NCBI GenBank assembly: GCA_965644265.1
Contig: OZ286460.1
Coordinates: 52,824,001-52,888,000 of the forward strand
Direction of reading: 5' to 3'
Length of the DNA: 64,000 nucleotides
From: Glycera tridactyla
Taxonomy: Eukaryota
The first letter of the stretch is position 1, and every line of letters starts with the position of its first letter. The notes under the pieces were generated by a model, which saw only the letters and a list, made by a program, of their open reading frames with translations, was not told where the DNA came from and did not search any database. This document shows, piece by piece, positions 1-13,241 of this stretch. The position numbers and the translations under genes were made by a program.

Positions 1-158
1 ATCTGAATGTGTATATGTGTGCATGTGTATATGCATGTGTGTGGCTGTGTGTATGTGTAAGTGTGTGCTTTTGACTGGGTGTGAATCAACGAGGGAGAGA
101 GAGGGGGTGGAGAGAGGGGCAGGGTGTGTGGATGTTTGAGTTACTGGCCCACAACAAC

Positions 159-182
159 GTGTGTGTGTGTGTGTGTGTGTGG

Positions 183-221
<39 letters not shown>

Positions 222-242
222 GGTGGGTGTGTGTGTGTGTGT
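159..242. repeat. Interrupted (GT)n microsatellite
   Basis: Seen directly; explains the VC/HT-rich pseudo-ORFs at 81-345. Confidence 0.97.
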
Positions 243-486
243 ATTGCTTTCAGCTGCAAGTCTTTTATGTATTGCATGGGATCCATCGATCCATGATAAT
301 CAATGCAGCACTGATTTAGATCACTCGACCAAAGCTACATCATAAAATATATTGACATTTATGTACACAAATCTAGGTCACACATCATACCAGCAGAATG
401 CTGAACTCAGAATTATATCACCCCAGTCTTACACAATAGTATCTCCATCTCATATGAGATCACATTAGATTGATTGCAGAGATGAT

Positions 487-487
<1 letters not shown>

Positions 488-523
<36 letters not shown>
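488..523. repeat. (GATT)9 microsatellite
   Basis: Perfect tetranucleotide array seen directly. Confidence 0.97.
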
Positions 524-526
<3 letters not shown>

Positions 527-2379
527 AGCTTGAGGTCCACTGACATGTCTCAATCTATGGGATTACACTTTCCATGTACCACACTAATATTCCCAAATAT
601 CCAACATCGAGAAAATGCCTGATAAAGTGTGACCTTTAACATCACTCGAACATCACCAAAATGTAGTCTCTCATTGAGGTATATTCTGTGAAAGAGAAGC
701 TGAATTGGAGAGCATTCCAATGTTCGCAGATGGTCTTGTTGCCAGTTCAACTGTATTTTGTGGAAAGTATGAGTATGAGTATGTATTACTCCAAAGGTGT
801 GTGATCACAGAGTCAACAAGGCCAAGAAGGCAAGGCCAGTACTTAGGTACTCGATGGCAGGCTTGAAGTAGTACTGCGGGCAATTGTTGATACACATCTG
901 TTGTGCAGACCCTATTTACCTGAAGGAATCCACTTAGTAAGAGCGCTAAGCTTATTGCGGCCACGTACACTTGAATGTGTCCTGTTGACGGCATTAGCCA
1001 ATGGACTTTGCACATGACTTGACATTACAGTGGCTACTTAGCTTTCATTTAAGGCCGGATAATGCTCCTGCGGCCAGGTAGAACCTGATGCTATCGACTC
1101 GCTTTACACTTGTTATTGCTCCCTACCCACTCCTCCAACTAAATACCACACACTCCACACAACAACACAAATACAAAATCACTTTTTAAATGATAATCCC
1201 TTGCCAGTTACATCACAAATTGGTTTTAATTCGACCCAGAATTTCTCTCAACAAATACGAATTCAGAGAATTTCAGGTACTAGTAGTAGCGGTATAGCTT
1301 CTGTGTTGCCAAAAGTTTATATAATGATGACAATAATGATAATTCGATCATATTCATAATAATAATGATGATCATGATCATAATTGAAATAAATGTTATC
1401 ATCATCAGTGCTACTACTAATAAAAATCTCTGTCAATCCTAAGTGTAGTGGAGTCCTCAAAATAACAAAATATATATGAAGGGCATGGGTGAAAGTGGCA
1501 TTGGACAGTTGAAGGGTTAAGGGCCAGCGGCCCAGAGAGAAGGTAGCTGAGTGCGCAGGTCTGGGCCATTCCCTCTTAGCGGGTACACACTGACTCCATT
1601 TTAAGTGTAGTCTTTGATCTCGGCTGCCGGTTTAAATGCAGATTGTTAGAACGTGAATCTGATCCGAGATCTGGTTATCTCATACCCCAAGGCATGAAAC
1701 ACAAGGCACTGCGCCACCATCTGGTGGACACAAGATGCAGCCTGTCTCTCTCTGGCCTTAGCTAGGGTTTTCCCCCATCCTCCATCTCTTCGTATAATCC
1801 AGGGCATATTTTCACAGCGTCTAGTGACCAAAAGTGAAAGCTAACATAATACTCCTTGATCTGTGGATATTCAAGTTGAAGAGCCACTCATATCTTGTCA
1901 AATCTAAGTTAGTAGTACAGAAAAACCTGACACGAGAAGTGCTTTCTTTGAACAGGTGGTCTCTTTGATGGGGTTGAACAACAGGTTCCAATATGATACT
2001 CTCCATAATGACCTGATTATTCAAGACAGGTTGATGCTCTGTGGAGGTGGATTCAGGCAGATTTGACTCATTCTTACAACAGTAAAACATACTGGCATAG
2101 ACATTCCCCAGAAGAAGAACCCGAATATATATGTCAATTTTTTTCTTGAAAGCAACTCCCTCAACTCGTTGCACACTGTAACACATGAGGAAAATGGCGG
2201 AGAATCAGGAAAGAGCAGGGCATTGAAAACACCTGGTGGCAGTCTTCCGTGATATCATTATCCCTGGAGATAATCATCCACAAGAATATAATGAGAAAAG
2301 CAGACTGAAATGAGAAATAGGTAAGCTGATTGTCATACTCATCTGCTGGCGCTGATGGCTAAAACACAAACTCGGGTAC

Positions 2380-2417
2380 ACTCACCTAGAAAAAAAGAAG
2401 AGGAGCAAAAACATTAG
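2380..2417 (-). other. Candidate recursive splice site (ratchet point, zero-length exon); junction 2386|2385
   Basis: Minus strand reads CTAAT-GTTTTTGCTCCTCTTCTTTTTTTC-TAG|GTGAGT: branch consensus about 28 nt upstream, AG-free pyrimidine tract, and an acceptor abutting a consensus donor, on the transcribed strand. Confidence 0.65.
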
Positions 2418-4489
2418 ATAAAGGAGACGAATTAAGCAGCGTATGAAATATAAAATGTGTTCTCCCTCAAGCCTTCATGTAAGGACTAGAAGATGGTATG
2501 CTGGAAAGTAAAAAAATAAAGGATGGATAGTGCAAGTATTAAAACCCAAGACGCCAACACATATGTCATCATACCAACCATTTTAGAGTCGTAAGCACAA
2601 AGATGCCAAACTTTGGTGACTAAAATGACCAATTAGGGAGAGTGATGATAGCAATGGCTTCAATGAATCCACAGGAGAAATTCAAAAATTCGGTCAATAC
2701 CAGTAATTAATGTAGCTGTCAGTTCAGACACGTTCTCAGTTATATTTCATAGCATAAATGAGATCATGCATAGAATATTTCAATAGGGCACAGTACAAGT
2801 CATACCCAAGACTTGTTAATCTATGCTCCTATTCACGAAAATGAATCAAATGAAGGTGTCAAATCCGTGCATTTTGGAGCGACTGAGGTTAATTTGAGGA
2901 TGTAGGGCTCATGTTGGAGGGGGTTTGAGATGGTATAACCTAATGTACCAGCAGGTCAATATCTTATCTCGGTAAATGCTTCTCGGCACTTGGAACCTCT
3001 TGCAACTTGAGGTAACCGATGCAGCATGTGGTCTTACGTCTAATGGAGACAGCCACGAGTAACGGCAGGAAAATTGATGATAAAATAGATGAAACCACCA
3101 TAAGACACTCATAAGTAATTCAATGAAAGAGATCTGACAGGCCCAAACATATGGGATTTAACTACCATATGATATCAAATATTGATGCAAATATTTGCCT
3201 AATGTCTTTTGGTTGCCTGGCATCCACCAATCAGATTGTTCCTGCTGGGGAAGATATGGATATTCAGTTCATTTAATGCCATTCCACCTGATTTGTGGGA
3301 CGATTGTCAAGACAGAAGTTGAAGGAAGGAAACCAACTTTAAAAACACAGTTTGTGAAATCGCTGGGAGGGCGGGTGCCGAATGCCTACTTACACGACTT
3401 TGACACAGAACAATGGTTGTCATACCCATCCAGTGGCCTGATAACTTTAAGACACCCTCACCCTCCATTAGAATCAAATAGGCTGATATTTTTTCTAAAA
3501 TCTCAAATTGTGTACCTCGTGGACTTCTAGATCTCACCACACAAAAGACATCTCGAGTGTATTCAGCCTCTCATCATGAAATGGACTGTTTTGTGAATTT
3601 GTATACATGCAAGGAGGAAAATGAAGATGGAAATTTGATTCACGGGGATTCATATTTTAACCATATCATCATTCAAATCTAATGACTTTAGGACACAAAA
3701 TGATCCAAATGACCCAAAATGAAACTAAATTTGATGATACAGTATGACCTCTCAGGAAGTTTTTCACCAGAGAACTTATGAATGAATACGGGTAGCTATA
3801 TATATAGAAGAGGGACCAGCTAGGCATGAGAGGGTTAGTCAGTGGTGGCAGAGGGTAACTTCTACACCAGACACCTATCTCTTACGGCATCGAGGCCTCC
3901 ATGCATAACCCTCCTTATCATTCATTCCCCAGTTCATATTACATTTTAATGTTATTTCCCCTCTCTTATCAAAATTTTAATTTGGCCTGCTAGCTTGACT
4001 GGGCTATCATATTCAGCTTGTATTAGATAGATAGTGTATAGGCATTCTAGCAAGGTAGTGCTGAACCACACAGAACACCTATAATAAAAGTGGTCTTACA
4101 AAAAAGGATGGTCTGTTACAAGAGGTCTCAAAGTATTACCCATCAACAAATAAGGGAATCGAACATTGTGTCCATTAATTTCTGAATGTGTAAAATGTCA
4201 CAAAAATTCACCAAAATATGATAATCATAATGGCTTGCATCTTCACAATTGTTTCTCAGTTGGTGGAAAAATATTGGAATATCAAAATAGATGCCAGATG
4301 ACCTCTGCAGAGAGGAAAAGCAGGGCTGACCCCTAATGTGGCCACTCTGCAGGAAACAGTGCTACTCACGTAGCTAGTCACCAGAGACAAGCCACCAGAG
4401 GGAGATGTTGACCAGATTGTGCGACATTAAATGTGCATCAGTGGCGAGTGTGGGACAGTGGCCAGATGAGACGAAATGTGTGCTTACAT

Positions 4490-4635
4490 GACTACATGGT
4501 CATCATCTCAGTCCAGTGGTCATCTCCCCCTCCTCCCTCCTCTTTCTTCTACATCATCATCATCCTCATCATCAGCTCACTCTCCATCCCTCCATTCCTC
4601 CCATCAAATCACTCCCAACCATCCCCATCCACCAA
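4490..4635. repeat. Low-complexity (CAT)/(CCT) tract
   Basis: CATCATCAT, CCTCCT and CCATCC runs; explains pseudo-ORFs at 4433-4999. Confidence 0.85.
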
Positions 4636-6073
4636 AAACATTACTCACCAAATTGGCATGCGATTCAACCACATAAAAACCTGCCTATCATTCCACCCTA
4701 ATTCTATAGTTCATTTGTTTCAACTCACACTTATATCTCATAATATTATGAGCTTGGGGACAACAGAGGCTGCAATTCCGCTCAAAATATTTCAATCAAT
4801 GCCACAAGCTGTTATTTATTTATTCCTTTTTGGAGTGGGGTGGGGGGAGAGAATTCATCAACTCATTTACAGTTGTTCAAATCAGCTAAGCGATCTTGCA
4901 AAGATGATTTCAATGAATCAGCATCACAACAGCAGTCCTCTTTTTCCACGTATGTATTCATTACCATTTTACTGGAAGGGAACAACCTCAATGAATTAGA
5001 GATCTGATAAAGAGTGAATATCTCTGAGTATTTCAGATGGATGCAAGCATGGATGAGTTAATGGGCTACTGAGCTGTGTAGGTGAGTCCCAGTGGCTCAC
5101 AGGAAGCAGCTCCAAGCTCAGGTTCGCACTCATTCTCGGGCCATTTTAATTAGGCCAGAACTCTACGGCCAAGAACTGGTCAAGCATCGGGTGTGAGCGT
5201 GTGAGCGTTCACAATGATAAATGACCAGGGCTAGTAGACCTGACCAGACCTGAATGTGATTACAACGTCATTAGCAAAACGTTACTCACTAAAATGAGCC
5301 ACCTGATGACCTACTTATGAGCTACTCACGCTTCCATACCTGAGATCTGCTCACTTCAATAGAACAGCACAAGAAAATGAGTTCCTACTTCCATCTTGAT
5401 CAAATAAGAATAAACTTCAAACCCAGACCCATATTCATCTTCGTGATTTGGGGAGACTACACACTATACCTTCCACAGGTCGAATATGATCACCACAAGT
5501 GTGAATGTGAAGGAAATGAGTCATGAGATCACATGTTTATTGTACTCTGCACAAACTGAGAAATTCCTCAGCTCCCACAGCCAACTCCACATCATTAATA
5601 ATTCAATCCTCATATCCTGTATTTTAGTCAATTCTTTTTACCTTGAATCACATGCAAATGATTTTGATGGGATTGATGAAAAATCAAGATATGAGGGAGA
5701 CATCAGATGGTAGCGTTATGATGTCATAAAAGAGTTGCCGGTATTATGGGCCCACTGCCCTAGTCTCCATCACAGCTGATAGAGGGAGCCCTACAAGAGA
5801 GAGCCATGACCCAGATTTATGTAAGCCATCTTACAATTTGATCGCATGAAAACAAATACCAGGAGTCGGTTTATCAACAAATGATAATGAATCAATGAAT
5901 ACTGAAGCCACCAGTGAAGACCCCCTAAGCCATTTTGAGAAATTCACATTGATCCAACAACCATGTAAAAAATCTGTCATGACAGTTTTCAGCAATATTC
6001 GTGATCAAACATATCAAATTCCTGAACTACTTTCCTTCCCATCAAGGATTGTAACATGATATATTTTTGACTA

Positions 6074-6244
6074 CAGTGAAACCTGTGACAAAACTGCCCT
6101 GAATGCCAAGAATATTGGTTCTATAAAATAGGTCATATCTCACCAGATTTATATTTACATAGGCCATAAAAAAGAACTTCCATGAAATGATCGCTCAAGA
6201 TAGGCGCTCTCTTGTCAGAGGGTCTTTCATCAAAGGTTGCACTG
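6074..6244. mobile_element. MITE (Tc1/mariner-type non-autonomous element), 171 bp, diverged copy
   Basis: TA | CAGTGAAACCT ... AGGTTGCACTG | TA; interior aligns by eye to the reverse complement of the 36710-36885 copy (ACTGCCC..AATGCCAA..AAAA.AGGT..TCTCA..TATATTT). Confidence 0.8.
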
Positions 6245-6559
6245 TATCTCAATTTTGAGGTATATTGGTCCAATTGAGAAGAGTTATAATTTTGCATGTG
6301 TTGGTAAGATTCTGCTGCAATTATGTTCTGGTTGAGTAAAAAAGATTACATTTGGCCAAGAGCAAGTATATGGCGCAATACATTTTGTATCGTTTTGATA
6401 CGACGAAGATAGGGATCTTTGCATCTTTGAAAGAAAATCATCCGGGAAGAATGTGTGTTTGACACATGAATCATACCGCATTTCCTGGAAGAAAATATGA
6501 GCTATCTGATGGAATGGCTCCAGTAACAGAAACAGAATTCACCTTGGAGCATTTACTAA

Positions 6560-7060
6560 CATATATATGGCTATCACAAACGCTGAGTGCTTGACAATCC
6601 GCCACACATTTCAGAATGGGACGGTAGAGCAGCAGCGGTGATGGTGGTGATTTAGCAGCGGCTGATTTGGCATTGATCATTGCATGCTTGCTCTCCAGAT
6701 GACAGCCATCTTGTTTTCTAGCAGGAGTGGAGGCGCTAGGTTTGAGGGGGAGAAGCGTAACATGCAGCCTGTCGGAGCGATCATCGGATGCATCCGTCAG
6801 ACGTTTAATGACCTCACAATAATATCATTCGACTTCATGCTGCACTCGCCACTAAACCCACCCAGCACCCAACCAGCCAATAAACCCATCTCACCAAATA
6901 TCATCACTTCAATTGTTTTGTCGATATCTATAGATGAGATTGTGGATCATAACTCTGCGGGCTAGCAAGCGGCATCCCTGACTCGTCTCCACGTCTGCAG
7001 ACCCATGCCGAGGAAGCAGGAGCAGCTCATTAACTGCACCACTACTGACAAAAACACAGC
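6560..7060. promoter_or_regulatory. Candidate intronic enhancer / conserved non-coding element (boundaries approximate)
   Basis: Locally GC- and CpG-rich non-repetitive island; CGGATGCATCCG palindrome at 6785-6796 and TTTAATGA homeodomain-type site. Inference only. Confidence 0.35.
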
Positions 7061-8599
7061 GCTTCTAACTGATCCCAGTCCAGGAACTCAAAGAAGGGGC
7101 GATGGCATGCACACATGTTTCTCTAACAAATGTGTCTGGCGTTGGTCAATTTTTTCCTATAGGTAATGTTTTTTCATAAATTTATCATTCTTGCTCATAA
7201 GCATCTTTGATTCAGTTATGCTGCTGAATCATTACAGCAATTTGTATCAACATCGCTGAAACTCTATCCATCTAGAAATGAATTCCTGTATGAGATTATT
7301 CATAGCTGAATATCATAAATGAGAAGAATATGCATAAAATGTAAATCCAGCAATGAGCAAGTGCTACTGAATATTCACTATTTGTTCCTGGAAGTGAGAG
7401 CTCGTTGATTGCAATTATATTGCATGTGCAAAGAAATGACCAGATTCCTTTAGAAAAAGGCTTGCTCATGTCTACTGCATCCTCTTGAGGATAACAGATG
7501 ACTATGAAGAGGAGAAGTAGCTACACGGAAAGTCATTGGAGTGTAAAATGTTCAGCCATATTTGATTCCCATAATTCAGTTGAATAAAGCGTAAAACATA
7601 TTAGGATTCCATGCTGTGGGATGGTTCAGCACTTATTTAGGCATGCATGAGGGCTGATGGGAGAGAATGCAGTCAGACATCTCGGACTTAATCTTCCATC
7701 TTCTGCATCAGTTAATTGTCACCATCAGGAATTCTGTCACTTAATCTACATCACAGGCTATTAACAGCCGAGATGTACCCAAATTAAAACCATTGACTGT
7801 GGGAGGCAAGATTCCCAAAAATCCAATAAAACTTCATTCCCGGTGATGACCTCATTTCAGTGTGCAGGGGCCAGATTAAGCAGGTCAATGATCAGGTTGG
7901 CACACAGGAAGTCAGGGGGAGGTCACTAGACGAGTGCCGTATCTCGAAGACTACGCTCCTTGCCATCTAATCCACCAATCCAACTCGCTGATGGAATACT
8001 TCTGCATCAGTTCACCACGGAAATCATGCCCAAATATTCCCTAATTCGCACAAAAAGCGGCTGAAGAAGCTGCGGATTACAGACAATGACTGCGCCTGCA
8101 TTCTCACATGAGTTGTGCTCCGATGTGTGGCTGATTCCCCATCATCTTACATACTCCAAAATTGAATTGGATAATATGACTATTGGTAGCTGCCATATAT
8201 CTGGCTTTAGAGAAAATAATATCAGAATGGCACGAAAACATGGTGATCAAACACTATGTGAAAATAAGTGAGGTCTGGCTGATTTCCATGAGACTTTGAA
8301 CCCTGTCAAAATTGTATTTTTTTTTCATGATTACATGACCTACACCCCACTGACTGCTATTTCTAGGAGTATATTTCACACTAAAGAACTCGTGCAGAAT
8401 ACAGCTATGGAAAGGTTCATGTTGATTGCTATCTACATTTCAATTAAACATACATTCAGATGACTAAGTCTAGCCAAGTGAGGAGAGAATGGCAGACCAA
8501 AACTCATGCAAAGATACTTATGTTTTTTTTTCATTGGGAGAAGAATACAGACCTACAGCAATAAAACGGAGGATGATATGGTGTACAAGCTGATAATGT

Positions 8600-8900
8600 A
8601 GAGCTTGCGAGACGCATGTGATTTCTACCACTAAGTTGCAATAAGACCTGGCTACGCTAATCTCCTTAACGACCCCACTCAAAATGCCAGATGACATGTT
8701 CGCCAATTTTAATTTCACATGTAGGCTGCTGAAACGGGCGGTGAACATGCTAAATTGTGGTGGATCCCTCGGCGGGTTTTTGGCCGCAGTGCAATATCTG
8801 GAGAAATGTTGCGATCGCATGCGAACAACTGCGTCTAAGCACCCGACTGATTCATCCCATGGTGGTGACCTTCGTGACACCAAGTCTCAATTTCACTGGG
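8600..8900. promoter_or_regulatory. Candidate intronic enhancer / CNE (boundaries approximate)
   Basis: CpG-dense island, TGCGATCGCA palindrome at 8810-8819, no coding potential recognised. Confidence 0.35.
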
Positions 8901-9574
8901 AAATTAGTGAGCTGTTACAATTCCCCATCAAATCATCTCAAGCATCTTTCACTGATGTTGTTAGCTGGCACAGAGCTCACTCTTCAGGTAGCTGTTGCAA
9001 CTGATCACTGACTACATAACTATCGAAACAATTTTGGTGATCACATATTTGCTATATTACAGGCACAGTTTGAAGGATAAATGCATGAACATCTTCCCAT
9101 AGTGCAAATTTGTCCTTTTATTTTTTTGACTTCCTTTCATTGATTGATGTCTGACAAATTAATTTGCAATCCAAATGAGGCTTTTGCATGGTTATGAAGA
9201 TTGGAGGTTTTCTCTTCAATTGATCTCTTTTTGGTAACTCAAGTCATCAACATGAGCAAGATGACAGATATCTTGAGTGACTTATCAAAATAGAAATCTC
9301 ACTGTTGTGGGAAGCATTTGGGTATATCCCAACAACTAGAGGCAGTGTTAACAGATTTTGGCTTTTTCATAGAGAATAGCTTGCATAATGCAACTGGGAC
9401 AGTCGTAAGTCAGAACACTCCCCCAACCCCCATCCAAAAAAAACCAAGCATCAAAACAGATACAGTACATCAAACCATTTTAACTGACTGTGGTAAGTCC
9501 AACATATTTCCCCATTGAAACGATCATCTCATCAGAGACAAGGGTTAAAACTACTCAAAGATGACTGTAGATGC

Positions 9575-9790
9575 ACTTTGGTTTGCACGGCGCGGTGGCG
9601 CACAGCGGATTTGTCTCAGTGAACTATCGATCGGCGAATGTATTCAATCAATATTGGCACCTGATAAAAATGTTCGAACATGGTCAATACTCTGATACGA
9701 ATAGACAATCGCTATTGATCAGACACGCGGCAACATTACGCATTGTTTTAACATCAATGTAGATCGACACGCTTACATTAGATTCCACTT
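9575..9790. promoter_or_regulatory. Candidate enhancer with clustered CUT/ONECUT-type and Sox sites
   Basis: ATCGAT 9626, AATCAATA 9646, TATTGATC 9713, CATTGTT 9741, ATCAAT 9753 in a CpG-rich island. Confidence 0.4.
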
Positions 9791-12700
9791 AGATCCTATG
9801 CATTGACTCTCCAAATGCAGAATGCCAAAGTTCTACATCTATCCCAGTGTCCCCTTGCAAACAAATTACCAGCACAGACTGAGGGCTGCACTGGTGCATC
9901 ATCACACGGTCTATGAAACATTGGTGGGAAAAATGCTCGCTTTGATAACAGCTTCATAGATAGGAATTGTTCTCGAACACCAAGAAGGAAACATGGCTGA
10001 TACAAATACAAGGATATGAGAGATAGCATCATTAGAGCAATATTTCTTGCACAGCTGCCTTCAAGAACAAAATAATAGCACGCAATTATGCACCAATGGG
10101 ACCACTTTGGCCACAGAGGGAATAGAATAGCGTGAATTCACAATCACAATCTCATGTTCTAAATTGAGTTTTTTCTTGTTTTTTTCATCCCAGGAGTAAC
10201 AGGGATGAGGTCTGATTCTGAGTACCCAGGGCCATGCCCTGGCCTAGGTAACAGCAGCCTGGTCACCAGGGTATGAGCAACGATCCACAATGACCTATCT
10301 TAAAGCCTCAACACAGATCAGGTGTATCAAAACATTCAGGAATGGTCAATTTTCAGGTTCCACATCATCAGTGGATCTCACTCAAATACTTCATATCGGA
10401 CACAAATGCAAGAAGCCACTGTCTCACTGAATTACAACACCATGCATATGAATTCCAAAGGCATAGAATCACTCCACAGTATCAGATTTCCTCCAGTCAT
10501 CTTAGTTTGAGCGTCATGTTTGTTGAGCAGGTCTGACTGCAGAATTAACCTGATGCAGAAAGCATGGTGGCCAGCCACATTGGTGTACTTTTCCTGGAGG
10601 AAGAATGGACACTTCATCTGGTGGCATTTTGGATCGTTTTCATCTGGCAGTGTTTGATAAAGAATCAGAGTAAGGCAGAGCAAGGTGTATCAGCATTCCC
10701 GTACCCGTTCTTCCCATTCCAGACAGCTGGATATCATTGGCCTAATCATAAAATGGGAACTGTCAGTCACAATCAGCACAAAGACAGTGAACTGTTTCTA
10801 AACACGTTATCCTAGTCGCTCCACAACACATGTATTTACCTGGGCAACAATGTGCAAAACTGCGCTATTGACGAAAAACACCCAAAAAATGTGGTGCTCA
10901 TCACGAATAAACACTGGCTGTCGGGGTGTTCCAAGTGCATTTCAGTAACCGCTCAACTGGCTTATGGGTGCAATTGGGGTATTTTCGTAACACCCCATTC
11001 CCTGATGGGCATCAGATGGCGTCTCGTTGCACAGTTTTCCCGCAGCTGTCATTTTTCATTTCTTGCCACAAGGTGGCGCTCTTTCATTCTGGGTGCTATA
11101 AGCCACCTCTCAATTACGATCACAAAATTACCACATGATGCTCTTTTTTTAGATTAGTTCATCTAATTCTGATACTGACACCAAGCGATGTTCAAAGGAA
11201 TTCAGCATGAAAACATTACTGAAGTCCTTATGTGTGCGCGCATGTGTTTGTATGTTTGTGTGCGTGAGCGTTTTGTGCATGTATATGCATGATATTTTTC
11301 CGCCTCTCCACCATAAAGGTTCCCATTAAATCTGATTTCCTTGACCGACAGTGGGTGATGATTTCAATAGTATCATTGAAATCATCCCCCGACAGAGCTC
11401 TTTCCTTCTTTTGATAAGCTCTGAAATTTTGAGCAGAAAAACCCACTAGATTCTCTGCTGAACCAGATACACATCATGGCATGCATCTCAAGAATAGATA
11501 CATGAAATTATTGTGTGAAGATCACAGTGATTTTTGTCAGTGTTATGAAAGAAAAAACTCCCAAAATGACAAGATGGCATGGGCAATCAATCATTCGTTT
11601 TTGTGACAGATGTCAACGAAAATGAGAGGGGAGAACAAAAGAGTTCAACTAGCCAGGTAAAGTATACACCCCAGGACTGTCAGTACATTGTATGACTTAA
11701 GTCTCATTCATCGGAGGAGGTCAAAATCTCCAGTGAACTTATGCAGCAAATGAGGTCACCTTCAAACATACTATAGAATAGCTATTTTGTGAGACACCTG
11801 TGACCTTAACATCCAACTCAGGCTGCTTGAGATCTCAGGATACCAGACTTTTCTGAGTCCTCTGGCTACAGTGTATAGGATTGACAGTCGATCAGGTTAT
11901 TTCCAGAATGTACAACTTCTTCCACATATATTACATGGTCTGTAGTTGCAGGCCATTTTTCTTGGTGTTACCTTGTGTGCACAATAACCGTAGCCTACTA
12001 TATACGCCAACTCCCATCACCCTGTGCAAACCACGATCCAATATGACAGATACCGTAACAAGCTCACACCTGACTAATTCCACTCTTTCATCAGCAACTC
12101 ATTCCAAAATGGCAAATGTATGTTTTGTTGAACATCATCTATAAGGATCTAGCATAGGGTGTATATTATCAACAAGGATAAACACCGATCTGAAGACAGA
12201 CCCAACTGCACTGTGAATCAATTCTATTGAATTTGAGCTCATCATCTCGTGCTATGATAAGAATAGGTGAAAATCAAAATGAGCATTCAAGAGTTAATGG
12301 AGATGTCCAGGTCAGATCAAGCTGACAATGATCATTGATGTGCTCTCTCATCCATTGTACCATCATCATTCATGTATAACCTCTGAATAATAATCTCTGA
12401 TCCACAAACTCATCCACCTGGCAAGTTTGGTGCTTTATAAGGATTTCAACAACAATAATTTCCATATTGTTGCAAATCTCTGATGAAAATCAGTCATTTG
12501 CATGTGCAGGTAACTTTCCATGGATTTACATGAATTTCATAGATGTTGCTCTCCACCACAAACCCACAGCCTAGTGAATGCCATATGAACACATATCATC
12601 ATAGCTTGATGTAGCAGCCAGAGTATCTCGATATAGCCCACATAATTCAGTTTCTTTTGCATTCATTGGAAGGTTATCATAGATTGATTATAGGGAACAT

Positions 12701-12895
12701 TCTAATTAGAATGAGTATCTCCCTGAAGATTTGAATAGAGAGATCAGATGAAATGACCTACTCGCTTACCTGCCTGAAACGATCAAGGCCTAGAGGTATG
12801 CCTCTTCGATCCTGAGAAGTTTACATTTACACCAAGATAAATAAATACCAATAGAATGGCCAACAACTGTTTCACAGGCAACCAGCTCCATGCCT

Positions 12896-12924
12896 CCCCC
12901 CCCCCCCCCCCCCCCCCCCCCCCC
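12896..12924. repeat. Poly-C29 (G-run on the transcribed strand)
   Basis: Seen directly; exact length may be sequencing-dependent. Confidence 0.9.
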
Positions 12925-13023
12925 ATATCCGATGTCCTGATACTATCAAATACTGCATCATATTGCTCTGAATAAGAATTGAATTTCAGAAGCAAAATAA
13001 TATTTGATGCTGTATTTGTCATG

Positions 13024-13070
13024 TGCAACTGCAACTGCAACCGCAACTGCAACTGCAACTACAACTGCAA
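13024..13070. repeat. (TGCAAC)n hexanucleotide array, about 8 units
   Basis: Seen directly, two variant units. Confidence 0.93.
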
Positions 13071-13241
13071 TGATCTATGCAAAATCTATGCAATTGGCAT
13101 CGCGAATGGATGAGTAGTCTGTCGTCCCTTCAAGAATATCACAGCTTTTGTTGAATCCATATTAAGGCTGAGATTCATTGGAAGGAGCAGATTATGGTTT
13201 GTCTACATTCCAAAAGATTTCCCCATTCGTCCACGATATTA

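Noticed and set aside
4155-4165. B-box-like GTTCGATTCCC on minus (and GTTCGAATTCC near 38583 on plus)
   Set aside because: No A-box or cloverleaf nearby; not a tRNA or SINE on this evidence.
4572-4640. Minus-strand MGMVGSDLMGGMEGWRVS-stop resembles the vertebrate MEIS C-terminus (MGMEGQWHYM)
   Set aside because: Lies in a GATG/GGA low-complexity tract that naturally yields M/G/E/W; in-frame stop just upstream with no acceptor; the preceding helix-3 exon is not upstream of it.
4433-4999. 188-aa plus-strand ORF
   Set aside because: Built on low-complexity CAT/CCT repeats; no family similarity.
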